Assembly: GCA_017625395.1 (NCBI GenBank)
Contig: JAGALD010000018.1
Span: 1-53,725, forward strand
Direction: 5' to 3'
Source of the DNA: Bacilli bacterium
GTDB taxonomy: Bacteria; Bacillota_I; Bacilli_A; RF39; UBA660
Length of the DNA stretch: 53,725 nt
In this document: positions 27,992 to 37,919 of the stretch, one piece after another
Layout of the letters: the number at the start of each line of letters is the position of its first letter
Position numbering within the stretch: the first letter of the stretch is position 1
The notes under the pieces: generated by a model
Databases searched by the model: none
What the model was told of the DNA's origin: nothing
The model's input: only the letters and a program-made list of their open reading frames with translations
Translations under genes and position numbers: made by a program

Positions 27992-28112
27992 TTTTTGGGG
28001 AAATAGATATAGAATATATGAAAAAGATAAAGAAATATATAATGTATTAATTTACCATAAAAGAATGTATTTAACGAAAGTAGGTGAAAGAGATGAAGAA
28101 ATATCAAGTTGA
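27960..28112 (+). CDS. Small hypothetical protein, 50 aa
   Basis: GAGGAGG RBS; MLKKIRKAWINFWGNRYRIY...; overlaps both neighbours. Confidence 0.45.
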   Translation: MLKKIRKAWINFWGNRYRIYEKDKEIYNVLIYHKRMYLTKVGERDEEISS

Positions 28113-28458
28113 AGTTGTAGAAAAATTAAGTAGAGTAGTAGAAGTTGAAGCTGAAGATTATCAAACGGCATTAGAAATTGTTTCAACAAAATATGCTGAC
28201 TCTGAAATTGTTTTGGATTATAACGATTTAGAAACAACGGATTATCATGAATACCCATCACCAAAGATAAAAGATAATTTTGAAATAGTTTTAGAGTTTG
28301 ATAAAGACGAAAAAAATATAGTGATCAGTTGTGATGATTCAACAGGTGTAAATTATAATTGTGTAGATTATGAAGATTTAACTATAGCATTACAAGACTA
28401 TATTGATAACTATATTGAATATGAGAAAGAAAACGATAAAGATGATTTGGAAAGGTAG
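28093..28458 (+). CDS. DpnD/PcfM-like protein
   Basis: MKKYQVEVVEKLSRVVEVEAED...Y...EIVLD; ends DDLER. Confidence 0.75.
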   Translation: MKKYQVEVVEKLSRVVEVEAEDYQTALEIVSTKYADSEIVLDYNDLETTDYHEYPSPKIKDNFEIVLEFDKDEKNIVISCDDSTGVNYNCVDYEDLTIALQDYIDNYIEYEKENDKDDLER

Positions 28459-28465
28459 TGATAAA

Positions 28466-28738
28466 ATGGATTTTTCAAAATTGAATATAGAATTTTCTAA
28501 TATGCAAAATATGATTACAAAATACAATGAATTATTATTAGAAATAAAAAATAAAATTAAAAATAATTTCAAAGAAATAAGTAAATATGAAACTAAAATG
28601 AAAAATACAAAAAACAATTTAGAAAAAGAGTGTTATAAGATTTTAGTTATTTCGTTAAAAAATGAAACATTATTTTTAGAAAGTATTATAAAGGAAGAAG
28701 AAAAAAATGAATCAACCCCTACTAAAACAATACAATGA
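28466..28738 (+). CDS. Hypothetical coiled-coil protein
   Basis: In operon; start refined to the ATG after GAAAGG. Confidence 0.6.
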   Translation: MDFSKLNIEFSNMQNMITKYNELLLEIKNKIKNNFKEISKYETKMKNTKNNLEKECYKILVISLKNETLFLESIIKEEEKNESTPTKTIQ

Positions 28739-29093
28739 GAAAGAGATAGTTGAATTATTAAAAAATAATGTTCATTTAGTTTATGTAGATACTGGCTCTG
28801 AAGAAGTTGTAGCAAGATATGAAGATTTACCAGACATTATAGTTGATATAAATGATAAATTAGGATATGTTGTGGATTTGAAAGTTTATGATTATCAAAA
28901 TCCTTCATCAAATCCAATTCTTACGACTTTTGGTCCGTTTTTAAATAAATGTGATCCAAAAGTAAGAGAAGATATAATTGATAGATTAGTAAAGCTTCAA
29001 CAGGAAGAAGAATCTGTAAAAGACTATAAGGTTATAGATGAAGATATGTTAGAAGATGTCAGAAATTCATTAAATAATGAAATGGAAAGATAA
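28707..29093 (+). CDS. Hypothetical acidic protein
   Basis: 128 aa; ends NEMER. Confidence 0.7.
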   Translation: MNQPLLKQYNEKEIVELLKNNVHLVYVDTGSEEVVARYEDLPDIIVDINDKLGYVVDLKVYDYQNPSSNPILTTFGPFLNKCDPKVREDIIDRLVKLQQEEESVKDYKVIDEDMLEDVRNSLNNEMER

Positions 29094-29095
29094 CT

Positions 29096-31057
29096 ATGAC
29101 TGCATCTTACATAATTATTTTAGTTATAATATTTTTAATGATTATTTTTTTATACTTTATTGAACCATTAATTACTAAACAAAAAATTAAGAATAATAAT
29201 GAGCATGGTTCAGCACGATGGGCAACCACACAAGAAATAAAGAAGAATTTTAAAAAAGAAAATATTTCAAATATTAAACAAAGTGGTTTCCCAATTTATT
29301 ATTCAAAAGATAATAAAAAAGTATGGTTTGATACTTCGACACCACATTGGATATATTTAGGTTCAACAGGAAGTGGTAAGTCAGTTACTGCAGTAATTCC
29401 ACAATGTAGTTTTATTGCAACTGCAAAAGTTAAAAAAAGTGTATTTATTACTGATCCTAAAGGAGAAATATTTTCATTGACTAGTAAAATGTTTGAGGAT
29501 AATGGATATACAATTTTAACATTAGACTTTAGAAATCCAAGTTTATCAAATCATTTGAATATATTAGAACCAATTATAAGAGAATATGAATTATATTTTG
29601 AAAATGAAAGATTAAGTAACGAAGAACAAGATGATAATAAAAAAATGGAATACAAAAATAAATCAATTGAACATTTAGCAGAGTGTAATAAGCTAATAAG
29701 TTCATTATCTACATTGATAATGTCAGATAAGACTGCAAAAGAGGCATTTTGGAATAATAGTGCAAGTGATTTGTTATATGGAATTATTTCATTGTTTTTA
29801 GAAGATTATGCAGAAGGTAAAATAAAAAGAGAACAAATCACATTGACATCAATTAAAAAATTTCAAAATAGTTCAATGACTGAAAGTAATTTAAAAAAAT
29901 TACGAAAGTATATAGAGTCAAAAGAATATGGATTAAAAAGTAAAGATAAACTTATTCCAATTATATCAACTAGTGAAAATACATATAAATCAATTACTAG
30001 CATTTTTAACGAACGAATGACATTATTTGATGATATAAATGTAGAAAACATTACATCAAATTCAGATTTTGATTTTGATATATTGGGAAAGCAACCTACA
30101 GTACTATATTGTTGTATTCCTGATGAATCTAAAATATATTATGCTTTAGTCTCAATTGTTGTATCATTGATTTATAAAACTTTAGTTTTATTGTGTAATA
30201 ATCAACCTAATAAAAGATTACCTTACGATCTTGTTTTTTTATTAGACGAATTTGCTAATACTCCACCATTAGAGGATATAGAAACAATTGTAAGTGTAGC
30301 AAGAAGTAGGGGAATGTGGTTTCAATTCTTTTTACAAAGTTTTGCCCAATTAGATAATTTATATGGTAGAGAAGTAAGTCAAATAATTCAAGATAATTGT
30401 GGATTAGCATATTTAAAAACTAATACTCAATCAACTGCAGATGAAATAAGTAGAAGATTAGGTACTCGTGGAGTAGAGACATCATCATTAAATTACTCAA
30501 TGAGTTTTTTAAATAATAATGGAAGTAAAAGTACATCATTAATTAGTAGGAGTCTTTTAACTGCAGATGAAATAAAACAATTACATTATAAAACAATAAT
30601 ATTTCCAACAATTGGTTATCCAATTATAAGAGATACGGTACTTTATAATAAATTTAGTTGTTATACCAAAGGATGTGTAAATAGAAAAGTACGACCACTA
30701 GAAAGATTAGTTAATACTTATTACACAGTAGAAAATATACAATTAGAAGAAAAAAAGAATAATGTAACTCCTAAAAAAATTGATAATCCAAAAGAAGAAT
30801 TAAATAAGAAAAAGTTAATTAACATAGTGGATGAAGTGATTAAGATATTTGGAAAAATAGATTTTGATGTAGAATATGAAAATGACAACGAAATAATGAA
30901 AGCTGTTATATATTTGGCACCACCTTTATCAACTAGTGATATAACTGGACTAGAAACATTAACTTCCAGTTTGAATTTTCATTATGATGCTATTTCTAGC
31001 AAAGAAAAAGTTAATCGAAAAAACAGAAATTCAAAAATAGAAATTTTTTTAAATTGA
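29096..31057 (+). CDS. virD4: VirD4/TraG coupling protein
   Basis: HGSARWA, GSTGSGKS, TDPKGE, LDEFAN, SVARSRG, QSFAQL. Confidence 0.92.
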   Translation: MTASYIIILVIIFLMIIFLYFIEPLITKQKIKNNNEHGSARWATTQEIKKNFKKENISNIKQSGFPIYYSKDNKKVWFDTSTPHWIYLGSTGSGKSVTAVIPQCSFIATAKVKKSVFITDPKGEIFSLTSKMFEDNGYTILTLDFRNPSLSNHLNILEPIIREYELYFENERLSNEEQDDNKKMEYKNKSIEHLAECNKLISSLSTLIMSDKTAKEAFWNNSASDLLYGIISLFLEDYAEGKIKREQITLTSIKKFQNSSMTESNLKKLRKYIESKEYGLKSKDKLIPIISTSENTYKSITSIFNERMTLFDDINVENITSNSDFDFDILGKQPTVLYCCIPDESKIYYALVSIVVSLIYKTLVLLCNNQPNKRLPYDLVFLLDEFANTPPLEDIETIVSVARSRGMWFQFFLQSFAQLDNLYGREVSQIIQDNCGLAYLKTNTQSTADEISRRLGTRGVETSSLNYSMSFLNNNGSKSTSLISRSLLTADEIKQLHYKTIIFPTIGYPIIRDTVLYNKFSCYTKGCVNRKVRPLERLVNTYYTVENIQLEEKKNNVTPKKIDNPKEELNKKKLINIVDEVIKIFGKIDFDVEYENDNEIMKAVIYLAPPLSTSDITGLETLTSSLNFHYDAISSKEKVNRKNRNSKIEIFLN

Positions 31058-31161
31058 TATAAAATAAGAAAATTTAAAATTCATGATATAATATAAAAAA
31101 ACAATTGTGAATTTTTAAACAAAAATTAGGAAAAAATTAAAGTATTTAATTTGAGTAGGAG

Positions 31162-31863
31162 ATGATATATATTAGTAAGGTAAAGTATGATGAGTGGTAT
31201 TTTTATGATAGTTGTAGAAAATTTATAAGAGAAATTGAATTTGTTTATAATTCATATATAAATAATATTAAAGATATATATGATACTCCATCAAATGAAG
31301 CATATAAATATGTAAATTATTTAGAACACAATTTACAGGAATTAGAATCTTTGTATCCTGACGATGCAGAGTTAGAAATTCAAGGTAAAGGACAAGAAAG
31401 ATATTATTTTGTATTAAATATGAAATATAGAAATTTAGCAATGTACATTAATTTGATTTATCATATGTTAGAACAATTTATAATGGGAATTTGTAAATTT
31501 CAACAAGAGTATCATACAGATGATCCTTATGTTAAAAATCTACCATTAGGGAGTTTTAATCAATGTATCAAAATGTTTGATGAATATGATTTTGAAATAA
31601 GAAAATTAAATATTTACGATAAGATAGATGAATTAAGACTTTTACAAAATGTTTTAAAACACTCAGAAGGAGAATCTAAAGAAAAGTTAATCGAAAAAAG
31701 ACCAGATTTATTTATAAAAAAGGATTCTATTTTTACTATGTATAAAAATACAATTATAGATGCTACTTTAAATATTTCTGAAGATGATTTAAAAGATTAT
31801 ATTGGAGCTATAAAAGAATTTTTATATTTATTTCCAGATAAATTAATACATAAATATAATTGA
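31162..31863 (+). CDS. Hypothetical protein, possibly HEPN-like
   Basis: Own TGaTATAAT promoter and terminator; helical, with ELRLLQNVLKH. Confidence 0.6.
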   Translation: MIYISKVKYDEWYFYDSCRKFIREIEFVYNSYINNIKDIYDTPSNEAYKYVNYLEHNLQELESLYPDDAELEIQGKGQERYYFVLNMKYRNLAMYINLIYHMLEQFIMGICKFQQEYHTDDPYVKNLPLGSFNQCIKMFDEYDFEIRKLNIYDKIDELRLLQNVLKHSEGESKEKLIEKRPDLFIKKDSIFTMYKNTIIDATLNISEDDLKDYIGAIKEFLYLFPDKLIHKYN

Positions 31864-31874
31864 TAATAATTTAA

Positions 31875-31901
31875 AGAGTAGATAGAAATATCTATTTTTT
31901 T
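31875..31901 (+). terminator. Intrinsic terminator
   Basis: agagtagata-gaaa-tatctatttttt; 17-bp core repeated at 37775-37791. Confidence 0.7.
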
Positions 31902-31929
31902 GTTTTAAAAATATAGAGGAGGAAAGATT

Positions 31930-32586
31930 ATGAAAAATAACAATGAAAAAGATAAAAAAAATCAATTAAAAAGAAAGGATGAAAATATGAAAAAAAGTAA
32001 TAAAAAAAAATTATTGGTATTTTTAGGAATAAGTATATTTACAGTTTTAGGAGGAACTTTAGCATATTTTACAACAAGTACAACATTTAAAAACATTTTT
32101 AATACTGCAAAGTATGAAACAAAAATTGTAGAAAGTTTTGTAAGTCCTGATAACTGGACTCCAGGTACAACAACTAAAAAAGAAATTAAAGTAACAAATG
32201 ATGGTACTATAGATATGGCAGTTCGTGCAAGTTATACTGAAAAATGGGTAAGTGATAATGGGAAAGAATTATCATTAAAAGATAATGAAGGTAATACTGC
32301 TTCAATAATTAATTTTAATACTGGATGGACTAAACATTCTGATGGTTATTACTATTATGGTTCAAAGGAAAATTTAACAAAATTAACACCAAAGGCAACA
32401 GCCAATTCATTTATTAGTGGTGTAACTTTTAACGAAAATATTAAAGCTACTTTATCAATGACAGAATCTGAAGATGGTAAAACAATTACATATACATCTA
32501 CTGGAGATGGATATGATAATGCAACATATACTTTGACAATAAGAATTGATACAATTCAATATGATCAAGCAGAAAATGTTTGGTAG
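31930..32586 (+). CDS. BsaA/TasA-like SipW-dependent exported protein
   Basis: GGTLAYFT SipW-class signal; ESFVSPDNWTPG...VTNDG...VRASYTEKW; DGYYYY. Confidence 0.75.
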   Translation: MKNNNEKDKKNQLKRKDENMKKSNKKKLLVFLGISIFTVLGGTLAYFTTSTTFKNIFNTAKYETKIVESFVSPDNWTPGTTTKKEIKVTNDGTIDMAVRASYTEKWVSDNGKELSLKDNEGNTASIINFNTGWTKHSDGYYYYGSKENLTKLTPKATANSFISGVTFNENIKATLSMTESEDGKTITYTSTGDGYDNATYTLTIRIDTIQYDQAENVW

Positions 32587-32646
32587 AAAAAGAAAAGAAC
32601 TAGGGGATTCTTTCTCTAGTTCTTATTATTTATGAAAGGAGATTTT

Positions 32647-33141
32647 ATGTTAATAAAAATAAAAAATTTTATTTTTAGTATTTTATATATTTTAGTTATA
32701 ATATATCTTCTTATTTTTGTTCCATCGTTATGGGGACAAAAACCATTAGTTGTTATTTCAGGTAGTATGGAACCGACACTAAAAGTTGGTGGTTTATTAT
32801 ATTATCATGAGGAAGAATTAGATAACTTTAAGAAAGATGATATTTTAGTTTATAAAGCAAGAAATCATATAATATCTCATAGAGTTGTTGATAAATTAGA
32901 TGATGGATTTATTACTAAAGGAGACGCAAATAAAAGTTATGATTCAGATATGATAGAAAATTCAAGAGTATTAGGTAAGGGTACAAATTGGTGCATACCA
33001 TATTTAGGATTATATGCAGATTTTATATATACTCATAAATATTTACTTTTCATATCAATAGCAATACTTTTAGTAGATTTATGTTATGACTATTATATTA
33101 CTCATAAAAAGAAAGAAGGTACTGCTTATGAAAAAGACTAG
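32647..33141 (+). CDS. sipW: Signal peptidase I, SipW type
   Basis: VISGSMEP, ISHRV, TKGDAN. Confidence 0.88.
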   Translation: MLIKIKNFIFSILYILVIIYLLIFVPSLWGQKPLVVISGSMEPTLKVGGLLYYHEEELDNFKKDDILVYKARNHIISHRVVDKLDDGFITKGDANKSYDSDMIENSRVLGKGTNWCIPYLGLYADFIYTHKYLLFISIAILLVDLCYDYYITHKKKEGTAYEKD

Positions 33142-34150
33142 TTTAATTATAGGTTTAATTATAGGATTATTTTGTACCTTAAATAATACATTAGCATATT
33201 ACAATACTAATAGTAATTTAACAAATAATTTTTATACTAAAAAATATAATCTTAATATTAATGGTAATGGTGGAGCTTTTAGTAATAGTTCTATTATTGT
33301 AAAAAATAATAAAGCCACATTACCAACTCCATCAAAATATGGTTATGATTTTATAGGTTATAAAGATAATAATAATGTAAGTTATACTACAAATATAAAT
33401 AATGTAGATGATATAAATAATAAAAATTTATCTGCTACTTGGAATGCTATTACTTATTCTATAAACTACAATTTAGATGGTGGAACTGCTAATACTATTA
33501 CAAACTACACAGTAGAAAATACAATTACTCTACCAACTCCAACAAAAACTGGTTACACTTTTACAGGATGGACAGGTACAGGATTAAATACGCCAACAAA
33601 AAATGTAACTATTAGTAATAATGTCGGTAATCGTAGTTATACGGCAAATTGGTCTAAAAATTATTATATAGTTAATTATTATGTTAATGGTAATTTATGG
33701 ACTCAAAGAAGCGTCGGTTATAATGATAATATAGAAAATCTTAATGCTCAATCACTATTAGATGTTTATCATAAATTTCATGGATGGAGTGGTTGGGTAG
33801 ATAAAATGCCTAATTATGATGTTAATTTATATGCAAACATAACTGAATCTTATTGTGCTTTAATAACTGGTCATGGTCAATATGGCAATGCCACTGCATT
33901 ATTAAATGTATTTAAGTCTGCAGGTTGGTCTGGTACAGTTGTTGAATCTCCAAATTATCCAGGAAATTATCAAGTTGTTACTGATTATAATTTAACAAGG
34001 GCACAAGCTGAAATACAAAAAAATTACATAGCAGAACATACTAATTATAGAAATTATAATTATCCGTATTTGTACTGGGTAGCAGTAGATTGTACAAATG
34101 GAATTGGTGCAGAATGGACTAGAAGTGTTGGACAAAAAAACTTTAATTAG
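33128..34150 (+). CDS. SipW-signal protein with InlB B-repeats
   Basis: NTLAYY signal; LPTPSKYGYDFIGY and LPTPTKTGYTFTGW repeats. Confidence 0.75.
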   Translation: MKKTSLIIGLIIGLFCTLNNTLAYYNTNSNLTNNFYTKKYNLNINGNGGAFSNSSIIVKNNKATLPTPSKYGYDFIGYKDNNNVSYTTNINNVDDINNKNLSATWNAITYSINYNLDGGTANTITNYTVENTITLPTPTKTGYTFTGWTGTGLNTPTKNVTISNNVGNRSYTANWSKNYYIVNYYVNGNLWTQRSVGYNDNIENLNAQSLLDVYHKFHGWSGWVDKMPNYDVNLYANITESYCALITGHGQYGNATALLNVFKSAGWSGTVVESPNYPGNYQVVTDYNLTRAQAEIQKNYIAEHTNYRNYNYPYLYWVAVDCTNGIGAEWTRSVGQKNFN

Positions 34151-34195
34151 GTAATAAAATCAATTTTTATGATAAAATATAAAGTAAATTAATTT

Positions 34196-34235
34196 CTAAA
34201 CCACAGGTCGAAATTCACAACTAAACCACAGGTCG
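34196..34235. repeat. 15-bp direct repeat x2, probable XRE operator
   Basis: ctaaaccacaggtcg at 34196 and 34221. Confidence 0.7.
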
Positions 34236-34288
34236 GTTTACTATTCACTTTATTAAATATAGAATTGTAAGTGTAAGGAGGAAAAAAT

Positions 34289-35170
34289 ATGGATCCAAAG
34301 AAAACAGGTATAATAATTTCAGATGCTAGGAAAAAACTTAAAATGACTCAAAAAGATTTAGCAGATAAATTATATGTATCAGACAAAGCAGTGAGTAAAT
34401 GGGAAAGAGGTTTATGTTTTCCCGATATATCTGTTTTAATACCACTTACAGAAATTTTAAATATTAGTTTATATGATTTGTTAAGAGGTGAAAAAGTGAA
34501 TAAGAAAGAAGTAGAAGAAACAATAAAGAATACTATAAACTATTCTAATAGTGAAATTAAAAGAAAAAAGAAAAAGTATATAACAATCTGTTCTATTATT
34601 ATTTCAATTATAGTATTAGTTAGTATAGTTTCACTTATATTTATAAGTAAAAATAATGATATAGGCGCTATCGTGGATAGAGATACTATACATACTATTA
34701 ATTATTATAGTGATTACAAAACAACTATAGATAATACTAATGGAGAAAAATTAGAACTAATTGTTATGAAGTTGCCATTAAGATGGAAAGAAAGACAATT
34801 CATAGTTGATGATAGTACTATAAAAATTAATTATGGAGTTTCATATAAAGATGTAGTTAAAGCATACAATGATGAAAACTATGTAAAAGAAGCAATGATT
34901 AATAATGCATCAGTAATCTTTACAATGGTATCGGATGTTGATTCAATAGAGATTAGATATACAGATTATAGGTATTCGATTTCAAAAGAAAAATTACAAA
35001 AAGCATATGATATTTCAGATTTTGATGAAGTAATTGAAAATGATAATTGGGTTAAGTTAGTGTCAAAAAAATTAATAAATGATGAATTTGTAAACGATAC
35101 TTTTAAATTATTTAATAAAAGTAAAGTTTCAAAAGATGAATTAAAAAAAGAACCAGTATCAGATAGATAA
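34289..35170 (+). CDS. XRE HTH - TM - extracellular domain regulator
   Basis: MTQKDLADKLYVSDKAVSKWERGLCFPD, then one TM. Confidence 0.85.
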   Translation: MDPKKTGIIISDARKKLKMTQKDLADKLYVSDKAVSKWERGLCFPDISVLIPLTEILNISLYDLLRGEKVNKKEVEETIKNTINYSNSEIKRKKKKYITICSIIISIIVLVSIVSLIFISKNNDIGAIVDRDTIHTINYYSDYKTTIDNTNGEKLELIVMKLPLRWKERQFIVDDSTIKINYGVSYKDVVKAYNDENYVKEAMINNASVIFTMVSDVDSIEIRYTDYRYSISKEKLQKAYDISDFDEVIENDNWVKLVSKKLINDEFVNDTFKLFNKSKVSKDELKKEPVSDR

Positions 35171-36159
35171 TGAGGAAAAGAGATTATAGACTTGATTTAT
35201 TAAGAGTAATATCTATGATAATGGTAGTAATAATTCATATTGCAAATTATTATTGTAGAGCATTTAATGATATTGATAAAATATCTTATTTAGGAGCATT
35301 AATTTTTAATACTATATCAAGAATTAGTGTTCCTTTTTTCTTTATGATAAGTGGAGCAACATTATTAAGTAAAAAATATGATAAAGATAAAAATAAAGAA
35401 AGAATAATTAAAAAGATTATTACTTTGATTGTAATTACAATAATTTACTTTATTTGGGATAAATATTATATGAATAAAGATATTAATATTATTTATTTAT
35501 TAAATAAACCTGAAAGAAAATTATTATGGTTTATGTATGCAATTATCGGTATTTATATTTCATTGCCATTTATAAAATGTATGGTAGATAAAATGGGCAA
35601 AGATGAAGATAAATTGTTTGTCATTTTATGGTTAATGTTTAATGGTATTTTAAAAGGACTAAATATTGGTAATACATATCTAATTCCTATAATTAGTGGG
35701 ACTTATTATTTAGGATATTTTATTATAGGTCATATGATTATAAAGTATTATGATTATATAAGGAACAATAAAAATAATAAACTATTATTAATTACATCAA
35801 TAATATCGTTTATTATCGTTGTAATATTAACATATTTTATCTCTATTAATAAAGGTAAACATTTTACTAAATTGCTTACATATAGTAACGCCTTAATAAT
35901 GATAGCTTCATTATCAAGTTTTATATATTTATATTTTAATATTAAGGATAAAAAATATATAATAATTTCAAAACTATCTAATTTATCGTTTGGGATATAT
36001 TTATTCCATGCAATTATATTGGATTTTATTATGAAATTAATACCATACCAAAATATTTACTCTTATATTGGAATTCCAGTTATATTATTTATTGTTGTAT
36101 TTATAACAAGTGTAATTGTAAATATATTAAAGAAAACCTACATTTCAAGATATTTATAA
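35170..36159 (+). CDS. Acyltransferase-3 family membrane O-acyltransferase
   Basis: LDLLRVISMIMVVIIH, VPFFFMISG, LWFMY, SFGIYLFH. Confidence 0.88.
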   Translation: MRKRDYRLDLLRVISMIMVVIIHIANYYCRAFNDIDKISYLGALIFNTISRISVPFFFMISGATLLSKKYDKDKNKERIIKKIITLIVITIIYFIWDKYYMNKDINIIYLLNKPERKLLWFMYAIIGIYISLPFIKCMVDKMGKDEDKLFVILWLMFNGILKGLNIGNTYLIPIISGTYYLGYFIIGHMIIKYYDYIRNNKNNKLLLITSIISFIIVVILTYFISINKGKHFTKLLTYSNALIMIASLSSFIYLYFNIKDKKYIIISKLSNLSFGIYLFHAIILDFIMKLIPYQNIYSYIGIPVILFIVVFITSVIVNILKKTYISRYL

Positions 36160-36171
36160 TTTTAGTTAATA

Positions 36172-36837
36172 ATGAAAAAGAAAAGAAAGATAAAAAGAAA
36201 ATTCAAAATAGTTTTAGTTATTTTGATTACTATACTAATTATTTTTTCAATAAATAAAAATAAAGAAAATCATAATACAAATATTGAAAAAGTAAATGAT
36301 TATAAATATATACTTGTTAATAAAAAAAATAAATTAAGAAGTGATTTTAAGCCTGATAATTTAATTGAAGTAAAAGAGTGTTCTTTAGGTAATTTTTATT
36401 TAGAAGAAGAAACTGCAAATGCGTATGAAAAAATGTGTTTGGATTCAATTAACGAAGGGTTAAATATTTCCATAACATCTGCATATCGGAGTTATAACGA
36501 ACAAAAAGAATTATATAATACTTATTTAAAACTATATGGTGAAAGTTATGTAGATAAATATGTAGCTGTTGCAGGACATTCAGAACATCAAACTGGTCTT
36601 GCTATAGATTTAGAATCATTAGAATGTGATATATTTAGAAATTCAAAAGAATATTTATGGATTAAAGAAAATGCACATAATTATGGTTTTATAATTAGAT
36701 ATCAAAAGGGTAAAGAAAAGATAACAGGTTATGGTTCAGAAGAATGGCATATAAGATATGTTGGAAATAAAGCTGCAAAATATATTTATGAAAATAACAT
36801 TACATATGAAGAATATTATGATTTATTTATTAAATAA
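36172..36837 (+). CDS. M15B D-Ala-D-Ala carboxypeptidase (VanY-like)
   Basis: LVNK, SAYRS, GHSEHQTGLAID, EEWHIRYVG. Confidence 0.88.
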   Translation: MKKKRKIKRKFKIVLVILITILIIFSINKNKENHNTNIEKVNDYKYILVNKKNKLRSDFKPDNLIEVKECSLGNFYLEEETANAYEKMCLDSINEGLNISITSAYRSYNEQKELYNTYLKLYGESYVDKYVAVAGHSEHQTGLAIDLESLECDIFRNSKEYLWIKENAHNYGFIIRYQKGKEKITGYGSEEWHIRYVGNKAAKYIYENNITYEEYYDLFIK

Positions 36838-36993
36838 TAAAATTCAAATAAATAAGCAGATCTATAAAAAGATTTGCTTTTTTCATGGTATAATATAAAT
36901 GAAAGACAAATAGTAATTTGCTAAATTCTCAGGCTCTGTCCTGTAAATTCTAAAACATATAATATAAAATTGTTTTAGAAAAGAGGGATGATT

Positions 36994-37716
36994 ATGAATC
37001 AAGAAAAAATCGGAAAATTTATTGCGAAATGTCGTAAAGGAAAAAAACTAACACAAGAACAACTGGCAGAAAAATTAAGTGTTACCAGTAAATCAATAAG
37101 TAGATGGGAAAACGGAAAAACTATGCCCGATGTATCTTTATTTAAACCATTATGTGATGAACTAGATATTGCCATAAATGATTTATTGAGTGGTGAAAAA
37201 GTAGAAAGAAATATGTATCAGAAAAAACTTGAAGAAAATATGGTTTCTGTTATTTCAAATGTAAATGCTAAAATTAATTTTGTAAAAAAAACTATTATAA
37301 TTTTGGTATCAATTATATCATTAATTTTTTTGACTTTAATTATTAGTGGTAATCATAAAGTAATACTTAATTATAATGCTAATAAAATGTATGTTGAAGA
37401 AAAAGATGGTACTTTATTCTTTACTACTAAAGATTTATGTACTGTTTATAGTGGTAATATTAGCCAATATTCTATGTTAGATGAAGATAATAATGAAATT
37501 ATATTTTTAACTTCTAAATGTAGTTATAATGAAATAATTAAGAAATCAATATATAATGGAAATAGTTATAGATATTATCCAATATCTATAACTAGTAAAG
37601 ATTCTGAAAAAATTAAAATATATTATACTGATTCAAAAATAAATAATATTAAGAACGCTTCAAAGCAACAATTTGAAAAATATATTAGCAATTCAATATT
37701 AATATATGAAAAATAG
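36994..37716 (+). CDS. XRE HTH - TM - extracellular domain regulator
   Basis: LTQEQLAEKLSVTSKSISRWENGKTMPD, then one TM. Confidence 0.85.
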   Translation: MNQEKIGKFIAKCRKGKKLTQEQLAEKLSVTSKSISRWENGKTMPDVSLFKPLCDELDIAINDLLSGEKVERNMYQKKLEENMVSVISNVNAKINFVKKTIIILVSIISLIFLTLIISGNHKVILNYNANKMYVEEKDGTLFFTTKDLCTVYSGNISQYSMLDEDNNEIIFLTSKCSYNEIIKKSIYNGNSYRYYPISITSKDSEKIKIYYTDSKINNIKNASKQQFEKYISNSILIYEK

Positions 37717-37919
37717 TTGCTAAAATAATCGTAATATTAAGGTGTTACGGATAGTACAAATTACAATTAATAGGGTAGATAGAAATATCTACTCTTTTTT
37801 ATGGTATAATATACATGAATTTTATCTTGCAACCAACTTTCAACAAAAAACAACCAAAAAGTGGTGGTCTGCTACCAGTAGAAAATTATAAAATGTTGGT
37901 GAAAAGGAGGAAAAAGAAA

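Noticed and set aside
34196-34235. Mini-CRISPR or att site
   Set aside because: Only two 15-bp copies 10 bp apart upstream of an XRE gene; an operator is more likely
36172-36837. Vancomycin resistance locus
   Set aside because: Lone VanY-like peptidase without vanA/B, vanH, vanX or vanRS
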